IMG/VR virus record: IMGVR_UViG_3300027743_000002
Coordinates: 10,679 to 74,678 of that record
Direction: 5' to 3' (one strand)
Length of the DNA: 64,000 nucleotides
From: a virus
Shown here: one piece after another, positions 46,018-57,038 of the stretch
How the letters are laid out: every line of letters begins with the position of its first letter
Position numbering within the stretch: position 1 is the stretch's first letter
Translations under genes and position numbers: made by a program
The notes under the pieces: model-generated
What the model was told of the DNA's origin: nothing
The model's database searches: none
What the model saw: only the letters and a program-made list of their open reading frames with translations

Positions 46018-46815
46018 TTACTTAGTCTCGCTTGGGTTAAAGGGAATAGTCTGAGCTGGTAGTTTTTGGCATTTATCCAAGAACCCGCAGTAAAGACACG
46101 GCCATTTCTTCGACTTCGGATCAAGGATAACCTCACCCTCAAATTCTCGTGCGGGTAATTGGTCGTTCTCCACGCTCCGAACTATCCATCTCAGACGTTC
46201 AATTTCAGCTTGTATTTTATCATCTAAATCCTTGATTTTGAACCGGAATTCAGCGAAAATAGGCTCATCCTTTGCCGCTGTTTTACGAGCGTAAATGATG
46301 TGTAGATACGTGGCCCCAAGAGCCTTTGCGGAAATTCCAACTTGTAAAATATTTTCCGGCTTGGCTCCTTCAGCCACCATGTCTTTCTTGTTCCATTGAC
46401 CGTTTGATTTCAACTTCTTTCCGGTGATTAGTTTGAACGCAAAGTCAGAGACAGACTTGATTTCGCCGCAGACCAATTCACCGTCTTCGGCGTGGTAGAG
46501 CAAGTCGGCGCGAACGGTAATGAAGTCTTCGTACGCGCCACTGATTTCTTTCTCGCCGTGGGTGGCCGCGAGCATAGTGGCTTGGATAATGTCGTGAACA
46601 TGATCACCAAGCGAGAAGTTAAAGAGCGCGTCTCCGGTAATTGGGTTGGACGCTTCGACGCCCATAACTCGAAAGGCAATCTGTCGAGCGCACGCTCCTG
46701 CTGATGATGCGTTGGCATGGAGTTTATCAGCGAGCAAAGAGGGCGCACGTTCTTCTGCGGCTTTCTTGGCTTCCAGATGTTTGAAAACTAAATCTTCAAT
46801 TTTCGGTAGGGTCAT
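46018..46815 (-). CDS. Cas4-like PD-(D/E)xK exonuclease
   Basis: ASSAGACARQ..GDHVHDIIQ..RADL..EIKS..Q..WPCLYCGFLDKC (Fe-S cysteines). Confidence 0.8.
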   Translation of the reverse strand: MTLPKIEDLVFKHLEAKKAAEERAPSLLADKLHANASSAGACARQIAFRVMGVEASNPITGDALFNFSLGDHVHDIIQATMLAATHGEKEISGAYEDFITVRADLLYHAEDGELVCGEIKSVSDFAFKLITGKKLKSNGQWNKKDMVAEGAKPENILQVGISAKALGATYLHIIYARKTAAKDEPIFAEFRFKIKDLDDKIQAEIERLRWIVRSVENDQLPAREFEGEVILDPKSKKWPCLYCGFLDKCQKLPAQTIPFNPSETK

Positions 46816-46824
46816 TTGATTCCT

Positions 46825-48246
46825 TTAGAAGTTACTAGGTAGAGTTTCCTCAAGGTGGCGCAACATACTCTGTTGCACGCTAATGGTTGTTTGAATCGCC
46901 CGTAAACGCTCTCTATAGGCATCCCGCGTTGCTTCTGCGATACGAGCCTCACGCATGAATTGAGCGACGATTAACACGGCTTCTGATTCACGCTGCTTCT
47001 GAGTTCCTTCACCGACCGAGAGAAAGGCTTTAGCCCACTCTACATCGTAGGTGCTACGCTTCTCAGCGGCATCTTTAATGGCTGATTCATAGCCGACGAT
47101 AGCGGCACGAAGCGCGGAGATAAGGCGCGTTAGTTCGTTGTTGATAGTGATTAACTCGTTAGCCATTTAATCCTCGTCAGCGGCGGCACACTCAGCACAA
47201 GGTTCTAGTGCGGAACAAAGTCCATTAGGCCACACACCGAGCGCAAACACGTCTTCATAGACTCGATACGCTTCATCCACATCACCGTATTGAGAGGTTT
47301 CAACCTCACGGCGGGATAGATCGTCAACAAGGGATTTAGTTGATTGGTACATTATTCGGCGTCTCCTTTTACCTCGATACATTTCCTCCCCTCACACCCC
47401 TCAAGCGCGTCGAACATCTCTTGAATCTTGATAACTCGCCGCTGGCCGTTCCACTCTACGGTTATCGTCTCAGCCACGTTAAGCACCAAGAGAAAGTCCG
47501 ATTGTGGCGCAGGGGGAGCAGTGATCGTAATGGTGTCAGCCTTTAGTTTCTGCGCTTGAACGGCCATGCTTCCGACCATCACGGCAAATAACGCTTGTAC
47601 TGCGGTTCTTCGATTCATCGGTAATACTCCTCCAGACTAATTCCCAACCCTTGCGCATCCGCTACTCCAAAGCAATCCTGGCACACGAGCTTTCCACCTT
47701 CCATTACTCCACAGTAAACATCTGTACATCTGAACCATCCTTCATGCTCAGGACAGAAATGACGTTGAGTTGGAAAGATTGCTGAATGTAGGACAGCAGC
47801 GCGTGTTTGTTCTGAGGGCATTTCAATCTCCTACTTGAGTCTATGGGTTAGGGGATCGTCCAACATCGCGGATACTTCTCTGACAGCTTCGTTAAAGCCC
47901 GCTCGATAGCCTGAGACATCCCCGATAACGAAGCCTACAAGCCCTGCGGCGATAGTAATCAAGATGTAGGTTGTCATTAGATTCTCTCAAATACGTGAAA
48001 GACTAAACCTTCAAATGTTAGTTGATAAGTACCGATGTATTTGCGACTTGTGAGCGGGCGCATTTCGTGACCCGTTCCGTAGATTTCGATATGCCGATCT
48101 TCCTTCGGGCGGGCATCATCAACAACGGCCCACAAGCAAGGAATGTCATATTGGATTTGCACCGTCAGAATCTCTGCGCCTATCGGCATTGACAAGTCTT
48201 GCCCGTCAATGGTTCGCAGCGGGTACTTCCAAATCGTTTTAGCCAT
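46825..48246 (-). CDS. cluster of small genes (46825-47166 coiled-coil, 47167-47382, 47352-47618, 47615-47821, 47977-48246)
   Basis: Co-oriented and abutting; 47352 has a signal-peptide-like N-terminus. Confidence 0.55.
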
Positions 48247-48360
48247 ACCTTCTCCTTATGAAACCGCCCACAGTAAAGCCGCATAAGCGACTACAATTAA
48301 AATCACTACTGCTAGCCCAAAGCAGTCTTGTTGAAAGTTACTTTTGTCCATTTTGCCCCC

Positions 48361-48942
48361 TTAGTATCGTCGTTCCCGCGTGTTGCGCTCACACCACGCA
48401 GACGTTCGACCGCCGACAGCCAATGACTTGCGGTATCGCTTCTTTAGCGCGGCTATCTCAGCCGCTTGGTCGCTATTCGGCACGTCCGGCCAAATGTCGA
48501 AGTAAACAAAGTGATACTTCTTGGCGGGCGGTTCCCATGTATGTACGTCAGCCTCAACAATGGTCAGTTTGGGATTGTCGTATAATGGCCCAATGAGCGC
48601 GATAACGTCAGCAGAACGCTCCAGCACTGTAACGCTGGCAACGTCAGACTGTTTCAGCAAAGGTTCAATGATTAACCCAAGACCTAAACCCGCAATCAAG
48701 ACGTGTCCGAAGGCTCTGTTCACAAAGTCTTGGTTGGTGTAGATTTCAAACTCCGCGTCAGTCATCCACAAACGCCCGTCGATGAACAAGCGCGTGTAAG
48801 TCTTGGCGGTGAGCGGTTGACCGTCTCTCGCCGCCCTCATGCGGGTTAGCATGTCGGGGGAATCGTGAACTACCTTTGCCGCGCCAAATGACGCCGCAGG
48901 GACTCGCTTATGTAAAGTTCCAGCTCTCATTGTTTTCTCCAA
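48361..48942 (-). CDS. spermidine-synthase-like SAM-dependent methyltransferase
   Basis: LWMTD..E; VLIAGLGLG; VTVLE; YFDIW. Confidence 0.75.
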   Translation of the reverse strand: MEKTMRAGTLHKRVPAASFGAAKVVHDSPDMLTRMRAARDGQPLTAKTYTRLFIDGRLWMTDAEFEIYTNQDFVNRAFGHVLIAGLGLGLIIEPLLKQSDVASVTVLERSADVIALIGPLYDNPKLTIVEADVHTWEPPAKKYHFVYFDIWPDVPNSDQAAEIAALKKRYRKSLAVGGRTSAWCERNTRERRY

Positions 48943-49066
48943 TCAAAGGTGATTTACCAAACCTCCCGCAGGATATTAAACCCCACCACCATGAACCAGA
49001 GGATGACTAGCACGATGCCCACGCGGGCAACGGTAGGTAAGTTGAAGAAGCTATCTAGTAAGCGGT

Positions 49067-49306
49067 TCATTCTTCGTAATCTCCTCTCACTATTCTTGGT
49101 TCATCATCTACCTCAGTAGCCCGCTGCTTCCACTTATCTATGGCTTTGTCTCGGTTGTAGTCCGTAGGGCCAGCAGCTTCACAGCGGTCACAAGTGACGT
49201 AGAAGAACTCGCGGCCAGAAAAAGTAGCTATCCCCCGCTCACGCTCTCGTGCTACATCTAGGTCAGGTGAGCCGCAAAAGGCGCAGAATCCTAGTTCATT
49301 AGGCAT
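49067..49306 (-). CDS. Lar-like restriction alleviation protein
   Basis: CAFCG...C..CEAAGP....AIDKW. Confidence 0.65.
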   Translation of the reverse strand: MPNELGFCAFCGSPDLDVARERERGIATFSGREFFYVTCDRCEAAGPTDYNRDKAIDKWKQRATEVDDEPRIVRGDYEE

Positions 49307-49471
49307 CCCTATTCTCCTTCATCTTCCAAGTCGTCAGCTCCATAAACTCGATTACATAACTCACAGTAGTAGCCCGATTCCCAATAGGATTCGCGTCCAC
49401 CATCAGGAGCCACAACCCCCGTGTCATACTGCCCGCTGACGGGTTCCAAGTCGGCGTGACCTTTGGGACAT

Positions 49472-49702
49472 TTACTCATTGCTCACATCCTTTGGTTCCC
49501 ACAAAGCCCCTTCTAGGCCGCAAGGGTAGACCGCCGAAGAATTACTTCCTTGCCGCATACTTGAGCAGTAGGGCATCGTGGACACTCCGCTGACTAGATC
49601 AACAGCGGCAACGGTCGGCTGCGAGCATTGCGGCGCGTCATAAAAAGCCGCCGCACTTGGCACGCACCACTTACAGTCTTTACAGAATTTAAGTTCAGCC
49701 AT
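49472..49702 (-). CDS. Cys-rich hypothetical protein
   Basis: Likely start MAELKFCKDCKWC at 49702, RBS gaaagga. Confidence 0.6.
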   Translation of the reverse strand: MAELKFCKDCKWCVPSAAAFYDAPQCSQPTVAAVDLVSGVSTMPYCSSMRQGSNSSAVYPCGLEGALWEPKDVSNE

Positions 49703-49732
49703 GTTTGTTTTCCTTTCAATCGAAGCAAGCGA

Positions 49733-49822
49733 ACAGTAGCACGGATAGGAAAGACATGTCAAGCATCGTTTACAAGAAATAGTAATCTTGCGTTGACAAG
49801 ACAGGACGTGACGTGCTAGGGT
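49733..49822. promoter_or_regulatory. divergent sigma70 promoter pair
   Basis: Leftward TTGACA (49762-49757), 18 bp, TACTGT with TGn; rightward TTGACA (49793-49798), 18 bp, TAGGGT with TGn. Confidence 0.7.
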
Positions 49823-49829
49823 TGGGCCT

Positions 49830-50045
49830 ATGTTCATCAGCGAAATCAAGATAGACGCAGGGAAGCTGAAGGGGGCACGCGGTTTACGCAAGCCTTCTGA
49901 GGTGGCGCGGGAGATCGGGATTACCCGTCAGCACTTGTGGCAAATAGAATCTGGACGGGCGAAACCTTCGGGAGAGATTCTAGCCAAGCTCTGCTGGCTC
50001 TACGGAAAGCCCATTCAGGAGTTCACTTCTAACGAGTCTAAGTGA
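49830..50045 (+). CDS. Cro/XRE HTH regulator, leaderless
   Basis: EVAREIGITRQHLWQIESGRAKPSGEIL; ATG 7 nt after the -10. Confidence 0.85.
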   Translation: MFISEIKIDAGKLKGARGLRKPSEVAREIGITRQHLWQIESGRAKPSGEILAKLCWLYGKPIQEFTSNESK

Positions 50046-50075
50046 AGGTTAGCGAGACTAAGAAAGGTGGCGTAG

Positions 50076-52703
50076 ATGGATAAGACAGAGTTGTTGCGAT
50101 ACGAACTTGCGGGGAGTGATTGGTGGGTGTCGCTGATTTCGTGGGGTTGGGCGCAGACGCTCGTTGCTCGTTATTTCGCGTGGAAGATAAACCGAAAGTT
50201 CGCGGCATTGGAGAGAGTGCGGCAGCGATCCATCTTGGTCGGCGCGGCTATCCGGCGGGGAGTGGTAGTTCGCGGCATGAGCGATTCAGACATGGACTAT
50301 CTCAACTCAGCCATCCGGCGCGAGTGGAATACGCCAGAAGAAGACAAGGCGTGGAAACATCTATGAAACATCTACTAACACTAACTTCTATTCCTCTGTT
50401 GGTACTTTTAGTTTCGGTGGTGAATCTGATTACCCCAAAGGAGTGGGAATGAAGGCATTTGCTGACTTAGCCGATCTTCCAGAAGATGATCGAATTGCGA
50501 TCATTGGTAAAACCGCAGAGGGCGGGCAGCGAGTCGCATTTGTGGTTGAGGATCACGCTAAAGCTGATCGCTATGTTGAGAAGCTAACAAAACGATTTCG
50601 GGTGTCAGTCGCCAAGCGATTAAATGGGCCAGTTAAGAACACAATTAGCGTGATTGTTACGAGACGATCTGAAGCGAAGGAGAACCTATGAGCGGGAACG
50701 TAAAGGTCTGCACAACAAGTGGCGAGCCTGTCGATAAGGTGCGCGCCGAACAGACAGAAACCGAGGGTCAGCACAAAGCCTACTTAGTGCTCTGCGCCGA
50801 AGAACGGGAGAAAGGGTTTGTTCGGCCCTACCGTGATAGGTACAGACATGTGGGCCGTTCTATCTGTGGAAAGATGGCCGATAGTTCCCCGTTGCTTGGC
50901 GGGCCGCGTTCTATTTGTAGCGATGACTTCGAGCACGATGGCGAGCACGGCATACAAACCCGAACAGTTACCCAACCAGAGCACGCGCAAATAGAGAACA
51001 CTCACAGACTGGGCGGTTGCGGTTCTGTTACCACAATGGGTCGCGCCCTAAGTGAAACTTATGCACGTGACCCGAAGTTCTACGGCGCAACCTTTTGCTG
51101 TCACTGCAATCAGCATTTACCTGTGGCTGAATTTGTTTGGGACGTTGACGGCGAAGTGGTTGGTTCTTAGTTTCTCTGGTGGCCTTAAACCAGCAGAGAC
51201 GGAGATAGAAATGGGTGAGTCGGAACACTATAAGGAGATTCTGAAAGCCGCTAAGAGTGGCCGGATCGCCGCTTGGCTGGTCTACATGGTGATGTTGCTG
51301 CTTTTTATTGTTACGTGGGTTGGAATATCCACGATGGAGCAGCGAATAGTTGATCGACTAGACCGCATTGAAAGGAAACTGCCGTGACTAATCCAGAGGG
51401 GGAGCGGGAGAAACTGTTGAACTGCCCGTTTTGCGGATCGGCAGCGGGTAAGGCTTTTGTGCCGTCAAGTGATCCGCGAACAAACGGGCGCGGCGATCTG
51501 TGGATCATCGGTTGTCAAGATGCGGAGTGCGCCACTGGTTTCGTGTCGTCCAATATCGATGATTCAATCAAGCGTTGGAATGCACGATCAGACATGCAGG
51601 AGCAGCAGAAGTAAATGGAAACCAAACCAAAAACTGAGAGCGCAACGACTGTTCAATTCGTTGGGGGCTACGCAGATGGGCGTATCGTTGAGTTATTCGG
51701 GCCATTGCCTGACATGTATAGATGTCCCGTTCCTGACCGCACCAGAGGGTTCACGGCTCCCTTAGTTTTCGATCCAGCACGACTGCCGCAAGAGGATGAT
51801 TATGTACTTATTCCGCTATTTGGCAAGAAGTTCTACGTCGAAAGACGTTTACTGCAAATGGCGAACGACACAGCACGAACAACCGATAATCCCTTGATAG
51901 GACACTTGGCAGAACTAAAATGAAATGAAACGCAATCCCAATAACTCTCAACGCCTGGAAGAATCTCTCACAGTTGCTTGTCCGTACTGTCGCGCTAGGA
52001 TTGGAGAGTCATGTTGGGGAATCAGCAGTTTCAGCGGCAAGCCCGTAAAGAAACCACACGTGCCCCACAAGGGGAGGGTATTGGCTTTAGTAGCACAGAG
52101 GTTGAAGGAGAAGGAATGACATTGACGTTGTGGGTAATTTGGGTAGCTACGGCGATGGTGGCTGCAATTATGAATGTTTCCATTTGGGAGCGATATGGAA
52201 TGCGGATAGCCGCCCGTTCAGTCCTAGCAACCCTCTGTGGCCTCATTGCGGGTATTATCTGCATGACGTTGGAGGCGAAATGAGCAAGGAGCTAATTTCT
52301 CACACGCGCATCGTGAACGATTTAGAAATCTACGTTGATGATGAAGTTGCAGATGACGAGGTTGAGGTTGATTTCTTTCTTCCGCGCCATAAGCATCGAG
52401 TGACAGTTAAACTAAAAACCAAAGACGTACTACCTGAACTATGGGCGCGACTTCAGGAACAACCATGAACAGAAGAAGGTTTCTTGAACTACTAGCCTTA
52501 GCAAGTGCGGGGAGTGTGGAATGACTGACGTTAAGGAGCCACTTAAACAAGTTTGCCCGCGCTGTGAAACAACCTTCTGGAGTTATCGCCCGTGGCCGAG
52601 CTGCGGAGCGTGTCTGACTGAGAAAGAACACGATCATCTTATCGCTACTGCTCCGTTTCAACCCGTCCCTCTGCTTATCTGGCTACAACAACATCAGAAC
52701 TAA
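50076..52703 (+). CDS. cluster of small genes including a Cys/His-rich protein (50688-51170) and a Lar-like protein (51384-51614)
   Basis: Co-oriented overlapping ORFs; LLNCPFCG..C..C..IKRWNAR in 51384. Confidence 0.55.
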
Positions 52704-52743
52704 ATCCCTTCGTTTGAAGGGCTTCAATGGTAAAATGCAGGCA

Positions 52744-53193
52744 ATGAAAAAGCTCGCTAGCCACGTTCTTATTGACCGTCGCAAGACGCTAAACCTCAAA
52801 ACCACCTTAGCTGAAAAGCAGTTTCAGTCGCGCTTGCGGAGACATGGCATCAGGCATTACGCGCAGGTTGTAATCGGGCCGTTCATCGCTGACTTTGTAA
52901 TACCAGACCGTTTGCTGGTCATCGAGATCGATGGCGGGATTCATTCGAGCGTGGCGGCGAGAGCGTATGACGCGCAGCGTACCGAATACCTCAGAGATAA
53001 AGGATTCTCGGTCGTTCGTGTGGTCAACGAGAATGTCAAGACTTGGCCGCTACAGACCATTGATCAATACCCCGTCATCATGGGCAAACGATTGAAAGAG
53101 TACAAGCGTATCATTGGCGAGTTAAGCAACGAGCGGCAAGAGCCAAGCGTTGCGATGTCGGCCAATCCAACACTCATAGACTGTCCGTTCTAG
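52744..53193 (+). CDS. DUF559/Vsr-like endonuclease
   Basis: TLAEK..QVVIGPFIADF..LVIEIDGGIH..YDAQRTEYL..GFSVVR; TGGTAAAAT 7 nt before the ATG. Confidence 0.85.
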   Translation: MKKLASHVLIDRRKTLNLKTTLAEKQFQSRLRRHGIRHYAQVVIGPFIADFVIPDRLLVIEIDGGIHSSVAARAYDAQRTEYLRDKGFSVVRVVNENVKTWPLQTIDQYPVIMGKRLKEYKRIIGELSNERQEPSVAMSANPTLIDCPF

Positions 53194-53248
53194 ATCGGTT
53201 AGCCGCTTGGCGGTCTCCCGTGTGTTTGGCGGTAATGTCACAAAACCA

Positions 53249-53277
53249 TTGCCAATTAGACCACCTACGGTCATAAT
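53249..53277 (+). promoter_or_regulatory. promoter of the lysis cluster
   Basis: TTGCCA, 17 bp, CATAAT. Confidence 0.6.
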
Positions 53278-53320
53278 GCGCGGCGAAACGTAGGACTCAG
53301 CCCTCAAGGAGACTAACGAC

Positions 53321-53599
53321 TTGTTCACACTTCCCTCAACGGCAACGCAGTGGCTACAAGGTTTAATTGCTGCTGTAATCGGCGGCGGCGCATCGGCGGG
53401 GCAATCATGGTTAGCGATGAGTACCGCACATGCCATTGGTATTGACGTTCCCGTGCTTAATTTTAAGGCGTTAGGAATAATCATGCTGAGTGCCGCGCTC
53501 GCATCCATGTTGGCTTTTCTCGCCAAGTCACCAATACCCACCACCACGAAGTCAACGACTTTAACGGTGACGCAAGAAACTATTGATGGAAGGACTTAA
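53321..53599 (+). CDS. holin-like membrane protein
   Basis: Two hydrophobic segments, ..FLAKSPIP; RBS aaggag. Confidence 0.6.
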   Translation: MFTLPSTATQWLQGLIAAVIGGGASAGQSWLAMSTAHAIGIDVPVLNFKALGIIMLSAALASMLAFLAKSPIPTTTKSTTLTVTQETIDGRT

Positions 53600-54142
53600 A
53601 TGAACAGACGCCAACTTCTTAAACGCGGAGCGATGTCAGCGGGCGTTTTAATTGCTACTCCCACCCTTTTACTTCAAACAGCTTGTGGCAGCACTAAACA
53701 ATTAGTTAAGTGGACAGCGGTACTTATCGGAGTCTTGCGTGATGTCTCACCGATACTGACGGACATAGGCGCACCCAACATCGTTGCTCTCATCGCCAAA
53801 GCATTACCTATTGCGGAACGACTCAAGAAAGCCTTTGAAGACAACGACAACGTAGCCACGCTCGACCTACTCGACAATCTCATCAATCCACAAACCGGAG
53901 TCATCGTAGAAATTGCTAACGCAGTCGGCGCATTAGCTAATGATGGGCGCAAGAAACTTGTGCTTGGGCTGTTAGCCATTGGGCAAGTAGCGTTACACTT
54001 GATTGCCGCCCAAATTCAGAACGATGTTCCAGCAACGGCAGTATCAGGAGCGCGGCGAGCGCGTCCACGAGCCACGAACGCGGTTGAGAGAGCAGCAAAT
54101 AGTAAGGCGTTAGAGAACGCATTTAACGGCACTAGGTTCTAA
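53600..54142 (+). CDS. putative Tat-exported lipoprotein
   Basis: MNRRQLLK twin-arginine motif, hydrophobic stretch, QTAC-G lipobox-like site. Confidence 0.55.
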   Translation: MNRRQLLKRGAMSAGVLIATPTLLLQTACGSTKQLVKWTAVLIGVLRDVSPILTDIGAPNIVALIAKALPIAERLKKAFEDNDNVATLDLLDNLINPQTGVIVEIANAVGALANDGRKKLVLGLLAIGQVALHLIAAQIQNDVPATAVSGARRARPRATNAVERAANSKALENAFNGTRF

Positions 54143-54146
54143 AGCC

Positions 54147-55254
54147 ATGACGATTTTACTAGACATCCCCGCAAAGGGAACGCTCCAATACTTACTGTCA
54201 GCCTTTCTCGGTGCATATAACCGCAGGTCAGACATAATGGAGCGAGCGGTCAGAGTAGACGAACGTATTCGAGCACAGATAGAGAAGCTAGACACGGCAG
54301 GTGAAGCCCTCAAGGAAACAGTAGAAAACAATCAACCGAACATAGGAGAATAAAATGGCAAATCAGGACATAACCGCACTCGAAACCGAAGTCTCTGAAA
54401 CAGTTGGCATCATGGAATCAGCGAAGGCTTTGATTGATGGATTTGCGGCACGACTCGCAGAAGCGGGCGTTGATCCGGCAAAGCTGGAAGCATTGAGAAC
54501 CGACCTTGACTCCCATTCAACAGCCCTAGCCGAGGCAGTTGCGAACAACGCTCCGTCTGTCTAACGACTTTTGCAGGGATTGGCGGCTTGCCACTTTTCG
54601 GAGACGATAGCCAGAACTAAACTTGGTACGTTCGATTCCTGCAAATACCTTCAACTAATGTCTGAAACTGTGCAGATAGCTTTAATAGTATCAATCGCCC
54701 CGACCGTAGCAGCGATAGCGGGTTTGATTGTCTCGTTCAGAAACACGCAGAAGCTAAACACGATGCACATTGACATTAACTCACGCCTTTCCGCAGCATT
54801 GAAAAGTGAGCGAGCGTTAGGAGTAGAAGAAGGCCGAAGATTTCAGACCGAAGACAACGACGTAAAAGCGTAAACAAGATTCACGGGACGTTTGGTGATC
54901 CGAAACGCAGTTACCGTTTAAAGAGAGCGGTAACAGCAAAAGATTAACCTGAAGAGAGCGTCCCGTGAGTAACTTAAAGCCCCAATGTTCAAAATCAACC
55001 TTGAAAGATTTGACGCTAGAGAACTTGGAGCGTTACTCGCTCTCTGTACTGCATGTGCAGTTGTCACGATAGCGATCATCGGCATGATCTTCAGACCACC
55101 ACAGCCAGAAGGTCGCGAGGCCGTTTATCACATAGTTAGTTCCCTGGTAGGACTTGCCGCAGGGTTATTAGGTGGTGGCGCAGCCGGATTTGCGCTCGCG
55201 TCCAAGAAAGAGCAAGCGAAGAAAGAGGAAGTCAATGGAACTGACGCTAAATAA
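54147..55254 (+). CDS. four small lysis-region genes (54147, 54355 coiled-coil, 54658 one TM, 54985 two TM)
   Basis: Co-oriented; hydrophobic segments in the last two. Confidence 0.55.
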
Positions 55255-55762
55255 TCTTGCCAACATAATGACTGGATGTTCAGTGTCGAAGCTGGAGACC
55301 TATCTTCCGTTTCTCAATGCCGCAATGGAAGAAGGCGAGATAGACACACCCTTACGACAAGCAATGTTCCTCGCCCAGCTAGGCCACGAAAGCATGAGTT
55401 TCCGCTACATGGAAGAAATAGCATCCGGCGCAGCCTATGAAGGGCGTAAGGACTTAGGAAATACTCACACCGGAGACGGTAAGAGATTCAAGGGCCGAGG
55501 CCCAATCCAACTAACAGGCAGAGCGAACTACAAGGCCGCAGGGGACGCGTTAGGCGTGGACTTTATCAACAGTCCTGAGATAGCAGCATTCCCTGAATAC
55601 GGCTTTAGAACGGCTGTTTGGTTCTGGGGTACACGTAACCTGAACGTCCCGTCGGACGCAGGGGACATCAAGACTGTGACTAAGAAGATCAACGGGGGAT
55701 TAACGGGTTTTGATGATCGCAAGGCGCGATATGCAAAGGCAAAGAAAGAGTTAGGAGTCTAA
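55235..55762 (+). CDS. GH19 (chitinase-class) endolysin
   Basis: AMFLAQLGHES..EE..YEGRKDLGN..GDG.RFKGRGPIQLTGRANY..TKKINGG. Confidence 0.92.
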   Translation: MELTLNNLANIMTGCSVSKLETYLPFLNAAMEEGEIDTPLRQAMFLAQLGHESMSFRYMEEIASGAAYEGRKDLGNTHTGDGKRFKGRGPIQLTGRANYKAAGDALGVDFINSPEIAAFPEYGFRTAVWFWGTRNLNVPSDAGDIKTVTKKINGGLTGFDDRKARYAKAKKELGV

Positions 55763-56279
55763 TATGGCAACATTCGCATATTCATGGCTATTTCCGTTAA
55801 TGCAAGTGAGAGAAGCAATGCAGCATCAGCACTCATTCGCGCTTGAAAGCGAAGGCAAACCAACTTGTTACTGTGGAACTAATACCATCGAAGCAAGCAG
55901 GGAAGTTGACTGCATTGTGTTCGAGTTACCGATTATGTTTGTAGGGTAAAAGTCAACGCGACGACACCAGATAAAGCGTTCTCACCCCTGAGAATTATCC
56001 GATGCCGCCCCGATTAGGTTGCCAATGTATACAGTGTGCGAGTAAAACCTAACTTAGAAAAGGTTACGAAATCAAGTAGAAAGCGTACAAAGTAACAACG
56101 AATTTGAAACGATCTAGCTAACTCTGAAAGCCTATGATGAGGGAATGAGACCGCAAATTAAACTACATGAAGTCGCAAACCCCCTACAGTCCAGCACCAT
56201 TGCCGCCCCTCAACCGTTGCATGGTTCATTGGATGGGGCATTGGCGCGGTGGTTCCTGCCTCGCAAGGAGACACGTGTA

Positions 56280-57026
56280 ATGGCTGAAGAATCGACTAGA
56301 GGTGGCTTATTCATACCTTACCCGCTTCTAGCTATCATGCTCACGCTCACGTTGGCTTTAAGCGGCGGAATCATTGGTTTGTACACGCAGTTATCAGCAA
56401 TGAATACAACGATGATCTTGCGGGACGCTGACTATCAGCGACAAGTGAGAGAGTTGAAAGAAAAAGCCGATCAAATGGAAGTTTATCTGCATAACGACCG
56501 CGAACGAATCGCAAGACTCGAAGCGGTTAAACAGCGTAACTAGGAGATTCCCCCAATGGGCGGATTAGCTTGTAAAACAAAAGTGATCATCAACGGTGGG
56601 GCAGTCCAGGATTTAGCTAACCGACTGTGCTATCAAGTAGAAGAAGCCGAGTACTCATCGCTTACAGATGAGCAATGGACAAACGTAATCAAGCACCTCA
56701 ACGCGGCAGAAGAATCAATGTGCAGAGCACAGCGATCCTACCTTGAAGCGTTAGGATTTACAGGGCCGTGGCCTAAATCGCTTTCATAAAGGAGTAACCC
56801 GATCATGTTGCTATTACTCGCAGTCGGCGCAGGTACTTTACTAACGCTGGCGATCTATCTAATCATCTTTTTACTAATCTTCTGGCTGTTCTATTATATC
56901 ATCAATAACCTTGCACCGGAGCCGTTCCGCAAGATTCTCAACGTGGTGCTGATAGTGATCTTCGTAATCGTGCTCTGCTATTTCCTGTTGGGCTTGGTTG
57001 GCGGCGCACCGAGCTTGAGGCTATAG
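56280..57026 (+). CDS. three small genes: TM plus coiled-coil (56280-56543), 56556-56789, hydrophobic membrane protein (56805-57026)
   Basis: Each preceded by an aggag RBS. Confidence 0.6.
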
Positions 57027-57038
57027 CAGAGCAGTTTG

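Noticed and set aside
46018-46815. CRISPR-Cas locus suggested by the Cas4-like gene
   Set aside because: No other cas genes and no repeat-spacer array seen; stand-alone Cas4-like exonucleases next to SSB genes are ordinary phage recombination genes.
49472-50045. Lambda-like cI/cro switch implying a temperate lifestyle
   Set aside because: Divergent promoters and a Cro-like gene are present, but no CI-like repressor or integrase is recognisable, so lifestyle cannot be called.
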